Shown here: piece after piece, positions 9,743 through 18,780 of the stretch | Layout of the letters: each line of letters begins with the position of its first letter | Numbering within the stretch: the first letter of the stretch is position 1 | Origin: Candidatus Poribacteria bacterium | GTDB lineage: Bacteria; Poribacteria; WGA-4E; WGA-3G | Assembly: GCA_965205015.1 (NCBI GenBank) | Contig: OZ242029.1 | Coordinates: 1,120,001 to 1,184,000, forward strand | Reading direction: 5' to 3' | DNA: 64,000 nucleotides | Translations under genes and position numbers: made by a program | The notes under the pieces: generated by a model | Seen by the model: the letters and a program-made list of their open reading frames with translations, nothing else | Told to the model about the DNA's origin: nothing | The model's database searches: none

Positions 9743-10212
9743 GCCATCTCAAATTTACATCGCCAATATGGATAATCCCTTGCTACTTCAACAAGTCCCT
9801 TTCTGACAGGGTTCTCATAACAGTAGCGAATCATTTCATTCAAAGCGGCCTCTCCGCGAATCCCGGAGTCGTGATACCCATCTTGCCAGAAGGTTCCTTC
9901 CCGCTTGAGCAATTTGTTAATCTGACTTGCTGTAAAACGCTTGAGAGTATGCATAATGTCAGGTAAAGTATGTTGTGTGCGTAGTTGAATGATGGCGTGC
10001 AAATGGTCGGGCATAATCATGATACAGTACCACCTGATACGCTCTTTGGTTTCAAGCCATTCAAAAGCATCAAAAATGATTTGCACGACACCGTCTTTTG
10101 TAAGAATCGGTTTGCGGTTGTGCGTGGTGGTAGTCAATAAATAGAAGGCTTCTGGCACTGAATAGCGGCCCTTCCGCAATTGACGATAACCTTTCCTCTT
10201 ACTAGAACGCAT
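9706..10212 (-). mobile_element. REP-associated tyrosine transposase (RAYT, Y1/HUH family)
   Basis: YLLTTTT, MPDHLH (HUH), FWQDGYHD, YCYENPVRKGLV; REPs on both sides; ATG 10212 preceded by GGAGG. Confidence 0.88.
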
Positions 10213-10220
10213 CTTCAAAT

Positions 10221-10400
10221 CCTCCACAGAAATTCGGGCTTACAAAGCCCTCCCACAAGAGTTCAAACCTCCACAGAAATTCGGGCTTACAAAGCCTTCC
10301 CACAAGAGTTCAAATCCTCCACAGAAATTCGGACTTACAAAGCCCTCCCACAAGAGTTCAAACCTCCACAGAAATTCGGGCTTACAAAGCCCTCTCACAA
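10221..10400 (-). repeat. Four-copy 47/48-bp tandem array containing REP GTGGGAGGGCTTTGTAAGCCCGA
   Basis: Units start at 10221, 10268, 10316, 10363 (cctccacagaaattcgggcttacaaagccctcccacaagagttcaaa). Confidence 0.9.
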
Positions 10401-10435
10401 AAAAAAGAAAACCTGACTTAATCTTCGTCAGCAAC

Positions 10436-11131
10436 TTAAGTTCGGGTTTTCATTAGCCATTTTACAATTGAGATCGCGATGACGATACCAAAAGCGAAAA
10501 GAATCCATTTGATGTGTGGCGATGCACTTTCACCGAGGTAAGAATACACCAAGGTGGCTGGTATTTGACCGAGCCCGGTGGCGATCCAAAACCCGAGAAA
10601 CCGCATCCGAGTTGCCCCTGCAAAATAACTGATAACATCAAAAGAGATGAACGGCATCAAGCGAGCAATAAGAATGGCGTAAGTGCCATATTTCTCAACG
10701 AAATCGTTTGCTTTCTCAACTGCTGGTTGACTGATGAACCGCGTAATCCGTTGGATCCCGAGATAACGGGCAATATAGAAACAGAATGCCGCGCCAACCA
10801 TCGAGCTGCTCCACGACAAAAGTGAGCCCCACCAAAATCCAAAGAGCATGCCGTTTGCAAAGGTAATCAGGAATGCCGGCAGCGGTGCGATAACGCTCTG
10901 AAAGACCATGAGTATCGCCGATACAACAGGTGCGAGTGCGCCATAACCCGCGATATACGCCCGTGCTGTCTCAAGACTCTGAAAAGCCGCGGTGAGTTCA
11001 AGGAAATATTCCCAAACTTGTCTATGGTAGACACCACCAAACACCACCCCCATCGGCACCACAAGCAGTAGTATAACAAGACGCTTTTTGTGGACGGAAA
11101 TCGAGCGGAATCTATCTATTACCTTACACAT
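10436..11131 (-). CDS. TVP38/TMEM64 (VTT/DedA) family membrane protein
   Basis: QSVIAPLPAFLITFANG, RLMPFISFDVISY. Confidence 0.88.
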   Translation of the reverse strand: MCKVIDRFRSISVHKKRLVILLLVVPMGVVFGGVYHRQVWEYFLELTAAFQSLETARAYIAGYGALAPVVSAILMVFQSVIAPLPAFLITFANGMLFGFWWGSLLSWSSSMVGAAFCFYIARYLGIQRITRFISQPAVEKANDFVEKYGTYAILIARLMPFISFDVISYFAGATRMRFLGFWIATGLGQIPATLVYSYLGESASPHIKWILFAFGIVIAISIVKWLMKTRT

Positions 11132-11162
11132 CTTTTCTGAACGGCAGAACGGCGTCTGCCTA

Positions 11163-12122
11163 CTACTTTGCTTGCCGTATCAAAGCATGATTCATGCGTT
11201 CCCGAAGCCGCTGTATTTTCTCATCCGTCCAACTGTAAAAGCCTTCCTTAGATTTTACGCCGAGTTTCCCAGATTCAACCATCTGTCGAAGGAGCGGATT
11301 GATATCAGATGAACTGTTTAGATCCTTATAGAGTTCTTCAAAAGCGGCAAGTACGAGGTCCCAGCCTGCGAGTTCAAAAACTTCAAAGGGACCGGCGACG
11401 CTGAGTCTACGTCCAAAGCTGTTGCGGACGACGAGATCTATGGTCTCTGCGCTGGCGATGCCTTGCTCCACAATAGCAAATGCTTCCCGAATCAAAGCGG
11501 CTTGCAGTCGCGGTCCGACGAAACCGAGTGCCTCTTTCTCAATAATCGCAGGTGTTTTACCGATCGCTGTTAAGAGTTCAAACGCAACCTCAACCGTTTC
11601 ATCAGATGTATCGGGACTCCGAATCAGTTCGACAAGGGGAATCAGATAAGGTGGATTAAAATAGTGGGTATTGAGTATCTGATCCTTGCGCTTTGCATTT
11701 ACACCGATTTGGCTCGGCATTAATGCCGTCGTGTTGCTCGCCAAAATTGCATGCGGTGGACATATTGTGTCCAATTTACCGAATATCTGCTGTTTGAGCG
11801 TCAAATTCTCCGTAACGGCTTCCACGACAAAGTCTGCATCTTCTACGACTGCTTCAAGTTCCGTAGAGGTCTGAATTCGCTGTAGGGTTCCGGAAATATC
11901 GTCCTCTTGAATAATGGCATTTGAGGCGAGTAGATTTAGATTTTGCGCAATTTGGGTGCGCGCGATTTCGAGTTGCTCATTGGTGACATCGTGCATAAGG
12001 ACGCGGTACCCTGCGCTTGCAAACTCCTGCGCGATACCGTGTCCCATTAATCCTGCACCGATGACTGCGATTTGTGCGATTGGGCGCAAGCCTATAGAGG
12101 AGACCTGCGGGACAATAGTCAT
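11163..12122 (-). CDS. 3-hydroxyacyl-CoA dehydrogenase family protein
   Basis: GAGLMGHGIA, EAVTE, ASNT, HYFNPP, LVE. Confidence 0.9.
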   Translation of the reverse strand: MTIVPQVSSIGLRPIAQIAVIGAGLMGHGIAQEFASAGYRVLMHDVTNEQLEIARTQIAQNLNLLASNAIIQEDDISGTLQRIQTSTELEAVVEDADFVVEAVTENLTLKQQIFGKLDTICPPHAILASNTTALMPSQIGVNAKRKDQILNTHYFNPPYLIPLVELIRSPDTSDETVEVAFELLTAIGKTPAIIEKEALGFVGPRLQAALIREAFAIVEQGIASAETIDLVVRNSFGRRLSVAGPFEVFELAGWDLVLAAFEELYKDLNSSSDINPLLRQMVESGKLGVKSKEGFYSWTDEKIQRLRERMNHALIRQAK

Positions 12123-12817
12123 TTTTTCTCCTTTGCGGAAGAGCCGGCAATAACAAGGGTAAATTCCCCGCGCGGCTCAGTATTTCGGAATTTCTCCAAC
12201 GCTTCACTCACATTCCCACGAAATACCTCTTCAAACCGTTTTGTCAACTCGCGTGCGATGACAATGTCCCGTTCACCCATCACTTCGAAGACATCTTCAA
12301 GAAAACGTCGGAGCCGATGCGGGGATTCAAAGAGAATTAACGTCCTTTCTTCGTCAGCGAGTACACCTAATTGACGCTTTCTCTTCCCAGATTTTGGAGA
12401 GAGGAACCCTTGAAAAATAAAGTTATGTAGGGGGAGCCCGGAGATGGATGCCGCTGTGATGACCGCTGATGCCCCAGGAATCGGAACGATCGGGATCGCT
12501 GCGTCGATGCATCCGCGTAAGAGTGGATACCCCGGATCAGAGAGAATCGGCGTGCCAGCATCTGAAACGAGCGCAATTGTCTCACCCGTCTTCAAGCGTT
12601 CGATCAGCTTGTCCCCCTTCATCTGTTGGTTCCCCTCAAAGTAGCTTGTGAGCGGTGTCTGGATATTGTAGTGTGTCAGCAGGCGGCGTGTTTGACGGGT
12701 ATCCTCAGCGGCAATGAGATCGACCTCTTTGAGGATACGTAAGGCGCGCAAGGTAATATCTTCTAAATTTCCAATGGGTGTGCTAACGAGGTAAAGCGTG
12801 CCGAGTGGCGTGTTCAT
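12119..12817 (-). CDS. rsmI: 16S rRNA (cytidine1402-2'-O)-methyltransferase
   Basis: LYLVSTPIGNLEDIT, AEDTR, SDAGTP.LSDPG, FESPHR, RELTKRFEE. Confidence 0.95.
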   Translation of the reverse strand: MNTPLGTLYLVSTPIGNLEDITLRALRILKEVDLIAAEDTRQTRRLLTHYNIQTPLTSYFEGNQQMKGDKLIERLKTGETIALVSDAGTPILSDPGYPLLRGCIDAAIPIVPIPGASAVITAASISGLPLHNFIFQGFLSPKSGKRKRQLGVLADEERTLILFESPHRLRRFLEDVFEVMGERDIVIARELTKRFEEVFRGNVSEALEKFRNTEPRGEFTLVIAGSSAKEKK

Positions 12818-12858
12818 TTTTTTAATGGCTATCGGAAACCATCGACTGCCGGTAGGCT

Positions 12859-12916
12859 TGTAGGGACAATCCCTTGGGGTGGTTCCCATTTGGGCAGGCA
12901 CAAGACCTACCCCTAC
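12859..12916. repeat. Inverted GTAG-type REP pair
   Basis: gtagggacaatccc ... gggcaggcacaagacctacccctac; right half matches the REP at 58139-58163. Confidence 0.65.
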
Positions 12917-12932
12917 ACCCTGACCGATGATG

Positions 12933-12975
12933 GCGACGCAGGTCTCCGTGTGTGGGAGACCTGCGGGACAATGCT
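12933..12975 (+). repeat. 43-bp palindromic repeat (cgcaggtctcc...ggagacctgcg)
   Basis: Near-identical copy at 13892-13934; half copy near 12100-12117. Confidence 0.8.
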
Positions 12976-13022
12976 ATTCTTCTTTCTTGTGATATTGTGT
13001 ACTTCATGCTAAATTACCCAGA

Positions 13023-13838
13023 ATGAAAACGACCTACACCACGCTATGTCTTCTCTGGTTGATAGTTCCAGTATGTGCGGAGGTGCCCCCTGACAAAAAA
13101 CCCTTTGAATCGGCGCGTCCCCTGTATGTCGGCGTGCGGGCATTAGGGATGGGCAACGCCTTCACTGCTGTCGCTGACGATGCCAGTGCGGGTTTTTGGA
13201 ACCCAGCCGGACTCATCCAGTGGCAGGGCGTGAAACTCTTCGCCATCAATAAGTTTCATGACCGAAGCGATTACCGATTCGACCCAAAGGGTATCGGCTA
13301 TAGCTACCGTGGCTATAGTCTATTTTGGGGAAACAAAATCGCCATTGGTGTCGATAGCGGTGTGCCGGATTTCAACTACTACGGCATTGCTCGTCAACTC
13401 GGTCCGTACCTTGCCGCGGGATTAAGCCTCAAGTTTAAACGACGACATCCCTCCGATGTCTATCAATTCTTCGGCTACGAGACGGCGTATGATCTCGGAT
13501 TCCTCTTCAAACCGCATCCGAATCTCAAGTTCGGGTGCCTCGCGCAGAATCTCAAGGGGTATGGTATTCAATGGCTGACCCTGGGCACCGCTTACCGCTA
13601 CACTGCGTATCAATTTTCGGTAGATGTCGCACTCTCTACGGAAGGTAAAACCCCAGAGTTGTACATTGGTGCCGAGTGGGATCGGTTTCCCATTGTCCCT
13701 ATCCGACTCGGCATCTCAAACGGGGCATTCACAGTCGGAATAGGGGTTGCGTGGAAGGGCCTTCATATCGACTATGCCCGAATTTTTGAGAAACCTTCCG
13801 CATCCGATTTCATTGGAATAGTTATCAATTTTGAGTAG
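13023..13838 (+). CDS. Outer-membrane beta-barrel, PorV/FadL-like
   Basis: Signal peptide, GVRALGMGNAFTAVADDASAGFWNPAGL, alternating beta strands, F near C-terminus. Confidence 0.75.
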   Translation: MKTTYTTLCLLWLIVPVCAEVPPDKKPFESARPLYVGVRALGMGNAFTAVADDASAGFWNPAGLIQWQGVKLFAINKFHDRSDYRFDPKGIGYSYRGYSLFWGNKIAIGVDSGVPDFNYYGIARQLGPYLAAGLSLKFKRRHPSDVYQFFGYETAYDLGFLFKPHPNLKFGCLAQNLKGYGIQWLTLGTAYRYTAYQFSVDVALSTEGKTPELYIGAEWDRFPIVPIRLGISNGAFTVGIGVAWKGLHIDYARIFEKPSASDFIGIVINFE

Positions 13839-13891
13839 TCAGGTGTCAGTTAAGATATGTCGTGATTAAGCCAAAACCTCTTTAACTGACT

Positions 13892-13934
13892 GCGACGCAG
13901 GTCTCCGCGTGTGGGAAACCTGCGGGACAATGCT
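13892..13934 (+). repeat. Second copy of the 43-bp palindromic repeat
   Basis: gcgacgcaggtctccgcgtgtgggaaacctgcgggacaatgct. Confidence 0.8.
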
Positions 13935-13946
13935 GAACGCTGATGG

Positions 13947-15386
13947 CTATTCACCCACCTCTTCCCAATCCAATACCTCCTGATTCCACTCAAATTGCTG
14001 CAACGGACCGAATTTGAGGTTGACCGTCAAACTTTTCGGGGTTGGCGAACTATCGAACAGATTGAAATCTCGGACGACAACGTAGGTATGCTGTCCATCG
14101 GTAATGGTCTGGCACGCTTCAATGAAGTCGTCAAGGTTACGGATCTGTTTTCCATTTATATCAAGAATCACGACCTTAGAGTTCCCATTCCGTTCCTGTA
14201 AACCGACACGTGAGAAGCTACTGCCAGCAGCGGCATGTGGTAAATAGACACCGTCGGCTTCTAAGAAGAGTATCCGTCGGAGTTGCGGCGTAATATCGTG
14301 AAAGACGGCACCGCCAAACCGAACAAACCGCCGCACCTTTTTCGCCTCCAAGTCTTCTACTGGGACATCAAGTTTCAGGTTTTCACCGTTCCGATAGATA
14401 TCCAAGGTAACACTTTCCCCAACGTTCCGGTTCAGGATAGCATCAAAGGTATAGAGGTCATCCCGGATAAGTTCATTATCTATACGATAGATAATATCGG
14501 AGGCACGGAGGATGGTTTCTCCTGTTGTGCGTGGGACCATGGATTCAACCTGAATCACCTTGGGGGTTCCTGCTTTGGAGGGACCTATCTCTTTTCGTAA
14601 AGCACTTGGGAAATTGAAGTGTTTGATGGCTTCCCCAATAGAGATAAGTTCTAAATCGACACCGATCTCGCCGCGTTGGATTGATATCTTGTTGCGAATC
14701 AATTCAAGGGCATCGTAGAGGTAATCGATCGGCAGCTCAAAACTCGAGGTGTCCGTGCCGCGGGCGTGAATAGCGATAACCTCACCTGCCGTATTCCACA
14801 CCGGACTCCCACTTGAGCCACCCGTCCGGTCAAATGTGGTGTGAATGTAACTGGAGTGCCGATCGCCTTTGTTAACATTGAGGTTGGTAATTCTTCCGAA
14901 TTTAATCGTATACTCCTCTTTCTCGTTGTTACCGATGAGCAGGAGCTCATCTCCAAGGGCAAGTGAACCCCATTCCCCGAGTTCAACGGCTTGAAGTTCA
15001 AAATCGACCTCGGCGGGATCAATTTGATAAAACCCGAAGTCGTGGGTTGGATCGTAGTAAAGAATCCGTGCTTCTGTGAAACTCCCGTCGTGAAAGTTGA
15101 TTTTGACATAGGCGGGACTGCTGCCCGTGACATGTCGGTTCGTGGCGATAATGCCATGTTTCGCGTCTACAACGAAACCGGTGGCGAAATTCGTGCCTTT
15201 CACTTCTGTTTCAAAGACGACCTCCGAAGAGGTTTCGACATTTACGACCATGGGTTTGTACGCGGCAACCTGTTCCGTCCAATCGTGTTCGGCATTGGCA
15301 TTGATAACCAAGATTAAGAGTGAAAAAATGGTTAAGATTGGACCGCACGGGCGATTTTTCATCACATTTTTATAGGTTTGTTTCAT
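13947..15386 (-). CDS. Secreted HtrA-family (S1C) serine protease with PDZ domains, Nma111/Deg7-like
   Basis: ATGFVVD...TNRHV (His), YDPTHDFGF (Asp), GGSSGSPV (Ser); PDZ-like C-terminus; signal peptide. Confidence 0.85.
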   Translation of the reverse strand: MKQTYKNVMKNRPCGPILTIFSLLILVINANAEHDWTEQVAAYKPMVVNVETSSEVVFETEVKGTNFATGFVVDAKHGIIATNRHVTGSSPAYVKINFHDGSFTEARILYYDPTHDFGFYQIDPAEVDFELQAVELGEWGSLALGDELLLIGNNEKEEYTIKFGRITNLNVNKGDRHSSYIHTTFDRTGGSSGSPVWNTAGEVIAIHARGTDTSSFELPIDYLYDALELIRNKISIQRGEIGVDLELISIGEAIKHFNFPSALRKEIGPSKAGTPKVIQVESMVPRTTGETILRASDIIYRIDNELIRDDLYTFDAILNRNVGESVTLDIYRNGENLKLDVPVEDLEAKKVRRFVRFGGAVFHDITPQLRRILFLEADGVYLPHAAAGSSFSRVGLQERNGNSKVVILDINGKQIRNLDDFIEACQTITDGQHTYVVVRDFNLFDSSPTPKSLTVNLKFGPLQQFEWNQEVLDWEEVGE

Positions 15387-15417
15387 GATGTTCCTTTTTC
15401 TGCTTTGAATTTTTAAG

Positions 15418-15446
15418 AGTTTACCACAAGGGGTGATGGATGTCAA
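15418..15446 (-). promoter_or_regulatory. Sigma70-type promoter
   Basis: TTGACA-17 nt-TAAACT. Confidence 0.6.
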
Positions 15447-15598
15447 ATCTTTATTATTTTCAGTTGCCGGTTGTCAGAGGTTGGGTATATTTTGTCTGAA
15501 TCGCGGAGGGTCGCGGATGATGCAGCTGACGCGGATTTTAGGGAACCCACCATGAAATCGCTCAATATTCAATCGCGGTATGGGTTAATGTTCCTATC

Positions 15599-15627
15599 TT
15601 GACGATACCTCTCGAAAGTGATATATT
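15599..15627 (+). promoter_or_regulatory. Sigma70-type promoter
   Basis: TTGACG-17 nt-TATATT. Confidence 0.5.
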
Positions 15628-15705
15628 ATTCACATTGGTTTTCAATTTATTGCTCCTGGGCGAAAGAAACACCCATCTGAACGAACCGCAAGGAAAAATT
15701 AAAAC

Positions 15706-16626
15706 ATGGCGACACACCACTTTGAACCGACGGTCTATTACACAGCAATTGGCGCGCATGAACCGGTGCTTCACATCGAAAGCGGCGACACCGTTTTTAC
15801 AACAACCGTGGATAATGCGGGCTACGATGCCAACGATACACAGGTCACCGAAAGAGGCAATCCACAAACAGGTCCCTTCTATATTGAATCCGCAGAACCG
15901 GGAGATACGTTAGCCGTTCATTTCGATCGAATCGTTCCAAATCGTTTGATCGGACGGACGGCTATGACTGTTGCTCCGAATGTCCTTGATCCCGATTATG
16001 TCGCATCCGAGATGCCCGAAGGCGGCCTCGCAGAGTGGCATATTGACGTGGAGAAGTGGACGGCGACGCTAATGACCCCAGAGACACAGTTGGGTAGACT
16101 CACACTACCCCTTGAACCGATGGTCGGCTGTTTCGGCGTTGCTCCGCCCCGAGGACAAGCGATCTCAACAGCGACCTCCTCCACACACGGTGGAAATATG
16201 GATTATCGCGGTTTTCAGGAGGGTGTCACCGTCTATTTTCCTGTCTTTGTCCCCGGCGCGCTCTTTTTTCTCGGTGATGGACACGCCGTACAAGGTGACG
16301 GCGAGATCGTCGGGACGGGCATTGAAATCTCTTTCGACGTGCAATTTACGGTTGAAGTGCTGAAGGGAAAAAGCATCAACTGGCCCCGTGCGGAAAACAG
16401 CGATTACATCCTGGCAGCGGGAAATGCGCGTCCGTTGGATCAGGCGGTGCAACACGCAACGACGGAACTTCTTCGGTGGTTGACTGAACTCGGTTTGGAG
16501 AAACGCGCCGCACACACCCTGTTAGGGCAAGCGGTAGAATACGATATGGGTAACGTCTTCGATCCAGCATATACAATGGTCTGTAAAATTAAAAAGTCGA
16601 TATTACGGGACATTGGGATTATGTAA
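15706..16626 (+). CDS. Acetamidase/formamidase family protein
   Basis: TGPFYIESAEPGD, HGGNMD, GDGHAVQGDGEI.GTGIE. Confidence 0.92.
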   Translation: MATHHFEPTVYYTAIGAHEPVLHIESGDTVFTTTVDNAGYDANDTQVTERGNPQTGPFYIESAEPGDTLAVHFDRIVPNRLIGRTAMTVAPNVLDPDYVASEMPEGGLAEWHIDVEKWTATLMTPETQLGRLTLPLEPMVGCFGVAPPRGQAISTATSSTHGGNMDYRGFQEGVTVYFPVFVPGALFFLGDGHAVQGDGEIVGTGIEISFDVQFTVEVLKGKSINWPRAENSDYILAAGNARPLDQAVQHATTELLRWLTELGLEKRAAHTLLGQAVEYDMGNVFDPAYTMVCKIKKSILRDIGIM

Positions 16627-16642
16627 GGTGTGAGTACAAGTC

Positions 16643-17470
16643 CTATTCTTTATTCATATTTAATTCCGCCATAGAGCGGAGATTCAACAGCGGTGTCATT
16701 ACACCACCGGCAGCGGGGAGGACGACCCCGGTGTCGTAGAGTTTCATCGCAGAAATGGTGGCGTGTGCGACATCCTCAGGCGCACCGGCACGGACCATGA
16801 AGATATAACCTTTCTCCGCCGCTTCCTCGTAATCGGGGATACGGACGCGTGAGAGGTCGGTATCAATCACACCCGCGGCGATGCCGTTGACCTTAATGCC
16901 GTGTCCCGCCAAGCGTCCAGCAAAGGCGCGCATGCTCATCTCCAGTCCTGCTTTTGAAATACAGTAGGCGGTGCGGTTGTCGGACGCCATGATATCGGAA
17001 ATCGAGAGCGTATAGATAATGCACCCGCGAATCTCGTTTGCTACCATGTAGTTCGCGACGCGTTGCGTGAGAAAGTGGGTCGCTTTGAGATTGGTGTTGA
17101 CAATCAGATCGAACTGTTCCGGTGTCTCCTCAAGAATATCAGCGATACGGGTGATACCGGCGTTGTTGATGAGGATATCCACTTTCCCGAAGGCATCATG
17201 TGCGGTATTGAGTAGTTTTTCGTGCGCATCGAGGTCGCTGATGTCGGCTTGGATAATCACCGCTTTTCTGCCCAATGCTTCCACTTCCTGCTGGACGGAT
17301 TCGGCGGCACCTCGATTCTGATTGTAGTTGATAAGCACGTCGGCACCCTGGCGTGCCAATTCGATTGCGATTGCGCGCCCGATACCGCGACTGGAACCTG
17401 TCACGATTGCGGATTTGTCGGTGAACGAAACATCCGTTGCGAAGAATCCGAGATCTGTATCTGTTGGCAT
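16643..17470 (-). CDS. Short-chain dehydrogenase/reductase
   Basis: TGSSRGIG, NNAG, YCISK. Confidence 0.92.
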   Translation of the reverse strand: MPTDTDLGFFATDVSFTDKSAIVTGSSRGIGRAIAIELARQGADVLINYNQNRGAAESVQQEVEALGRKAVIIQADISDLDAHEKLLNTAHDAFGKVDILINNAGITRIADILEETPEQFDLIVNTNLKATHFLTQRVANYMVANEIRGCIIYTLSISDIMASDNRTAYCISKAGLEMSMRAFAGRLAGHGIKVNGIAAGVIDTDLSRVRIPDYEEAAEKGYIFMVRAGAPEDVAHATISAMKLYDTGVVLPAAGGVMTPLLNLRSMAELNMNKE

Positions 17471-17506
17471 ATTATTTCTCCGTCAATTTATTAGGATTTT
17501 CATACT

Positions 17507-17584
17507 CCTATAAACATGCCGCCCTTACAGGGCTTGATTGTTCTATTAACGTCCTTCTATAAACATTCCGTCCCTACGGGACTC
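17507..17584 (+). repeat. Two REP-like direct repeats
   Basis: ctataaacatgccgcccttacagggct and ctataaacattccgtccctacgggact. Confidence 0.55.
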
Positions 17585-17664
17585 AGGACACCACCACTAC
17601 CTTACGCTTCTCAAAAGACTTGAATTGCAAATCGGCTTACACGGTTTCCTCCCACGATTTACTT

Positions 17665-18780
17665 TTAATCTGAGTAGGGGTCTGCGGCATCGCGGAGGGC
17701 ATCTCCTAAGAAGTTAAAAGCGATGACGACGATGAGGACTGGGACCGCTGGGAAAATGAGCCACGGATAATGGAGCAGAACCGTGACACGCTGTGCCTCC
17801 TCCAGTAGGACCCCCCAACTCGTCATCGGAGGACGAATGCCTAAACCGAGAAAACTGAGTGCTGTCTCTCCCAAAATCATGCCGGGGATAGCGAGGGTGG
17901 CGATAACGATGATATGGCTATAACATCCGGGTAACAAGTGCCTCGTGATGATGTGCCAATGTCCTGCGCCTGCGGCACGCGCCGCCATTACAAAATCGCT
18001 TTCTCGATATGCCAAGACCTTTCCACGCACCTGTCGCGCCAATCCGCCCCACCGTATAATCGACAAAATAATGGTGATACCGAAGTATATCTGGATGCTC
18101 GACCAGCCAGGGGGTAGCGCGGCACCGAGTGCCATCCACAACGGAATGTCTGGAAATGCCGACAGGACTTCAATCACGCGTTGGATGAGGTTGTCTACCC
18201 ACCCGCCCCAATATCCGGAGATAGTGCCGAGGATAGAACCGAGAATGATGCTCAGAAACACACCGACCAAGCCGAGTGTCATTGAGACGCGTGCCCCGTA
18301 CATGATACGTGAAAGCAGGTCGCGTCCCATCCGATCTGTGCCTAATAGGAACATGGGACCCGCGGAACTGAAGAAGTGCCTTCTGCCGTCCGCATCCTTA
18401 AAAAAGAATTCAACGGGATGACGCTGCGCCAAGTCTTTGGTAAATTCCAACTCCAGACTTTCTGGATTACGGACGGACTTTAAGCCGTGAACATAGAACC
18501 CGTCTTCAACCGAGAAATGGAGACGTTGAGGCGGCACATGGCGCAGTCGCATGTTGATCTCGTTGTAGTGATAGGGCGCGAAAAAGTCGGCACCGACAGC
18601 GAGAATATAGAAGAGCAGCAAGAGGACCCCCGCAATAACACCCATCCGATTTTTGCGAAACCGTCGCCATATCAGCTGGCGATAACTCAGCTGCCCCCCC
18701 TCTACATAAAAGTCGGCTGCATCTTTAACTTCTTCCGCAGGTTTGTTGACCTGATCATCTATGCTTGGTATCTTATTCAT
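17665..18780 (-). CDS. Peptide/nickel ABC transporter permease (OppC/DppC type)
   Basis: LLGTDRMGRD, FVMAARAAGA loop, FNFLGDALRDAADP. Confidence 0.93.
   Translation of the reverse strand: MNKIPSIDDQVNKPAEEVKDAADFYVEGGQLSYRQLIWRRFRKNRMGVIAGVLLLLFYILAVGADFFAPYHYNEINMRLRHVPPQRLHFSVEDGFYVHGLKSVRNPESLELEFTKDLAQRHPVEFFFKDADGRRHFFSSAGPMFLLGTDRMGRDLLSRIMYGARVSMTLGLVGVFLSIILGSILGTISGYWGGWVDNLIQRVIEVLSAFPDIPLWMALGAALPPGWSSIQIYFGITIILSIIRWGGLARQVRGKVLAYRESDFVMAARAAGAGHWHIITRHLLPGCYSHIIVIATLAIPGMILGETALSFLGLGIRPPMTSWGVLLEEAQRVTVLLHYPWLIFPAVPVLIVVIAFNFLGDALRDAADPYSD

Noticed and set aside
10221-10400. Possible CRISPR array
   Set aside because: Units are near-identical end to end with no unique spacers, and no cas genes; it is a REP tandem array
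13023-13838. Type IX secretion locus
   Set aside because: Only the shared PorV/FadL N-terminal motif; no other T9SS genes in the window
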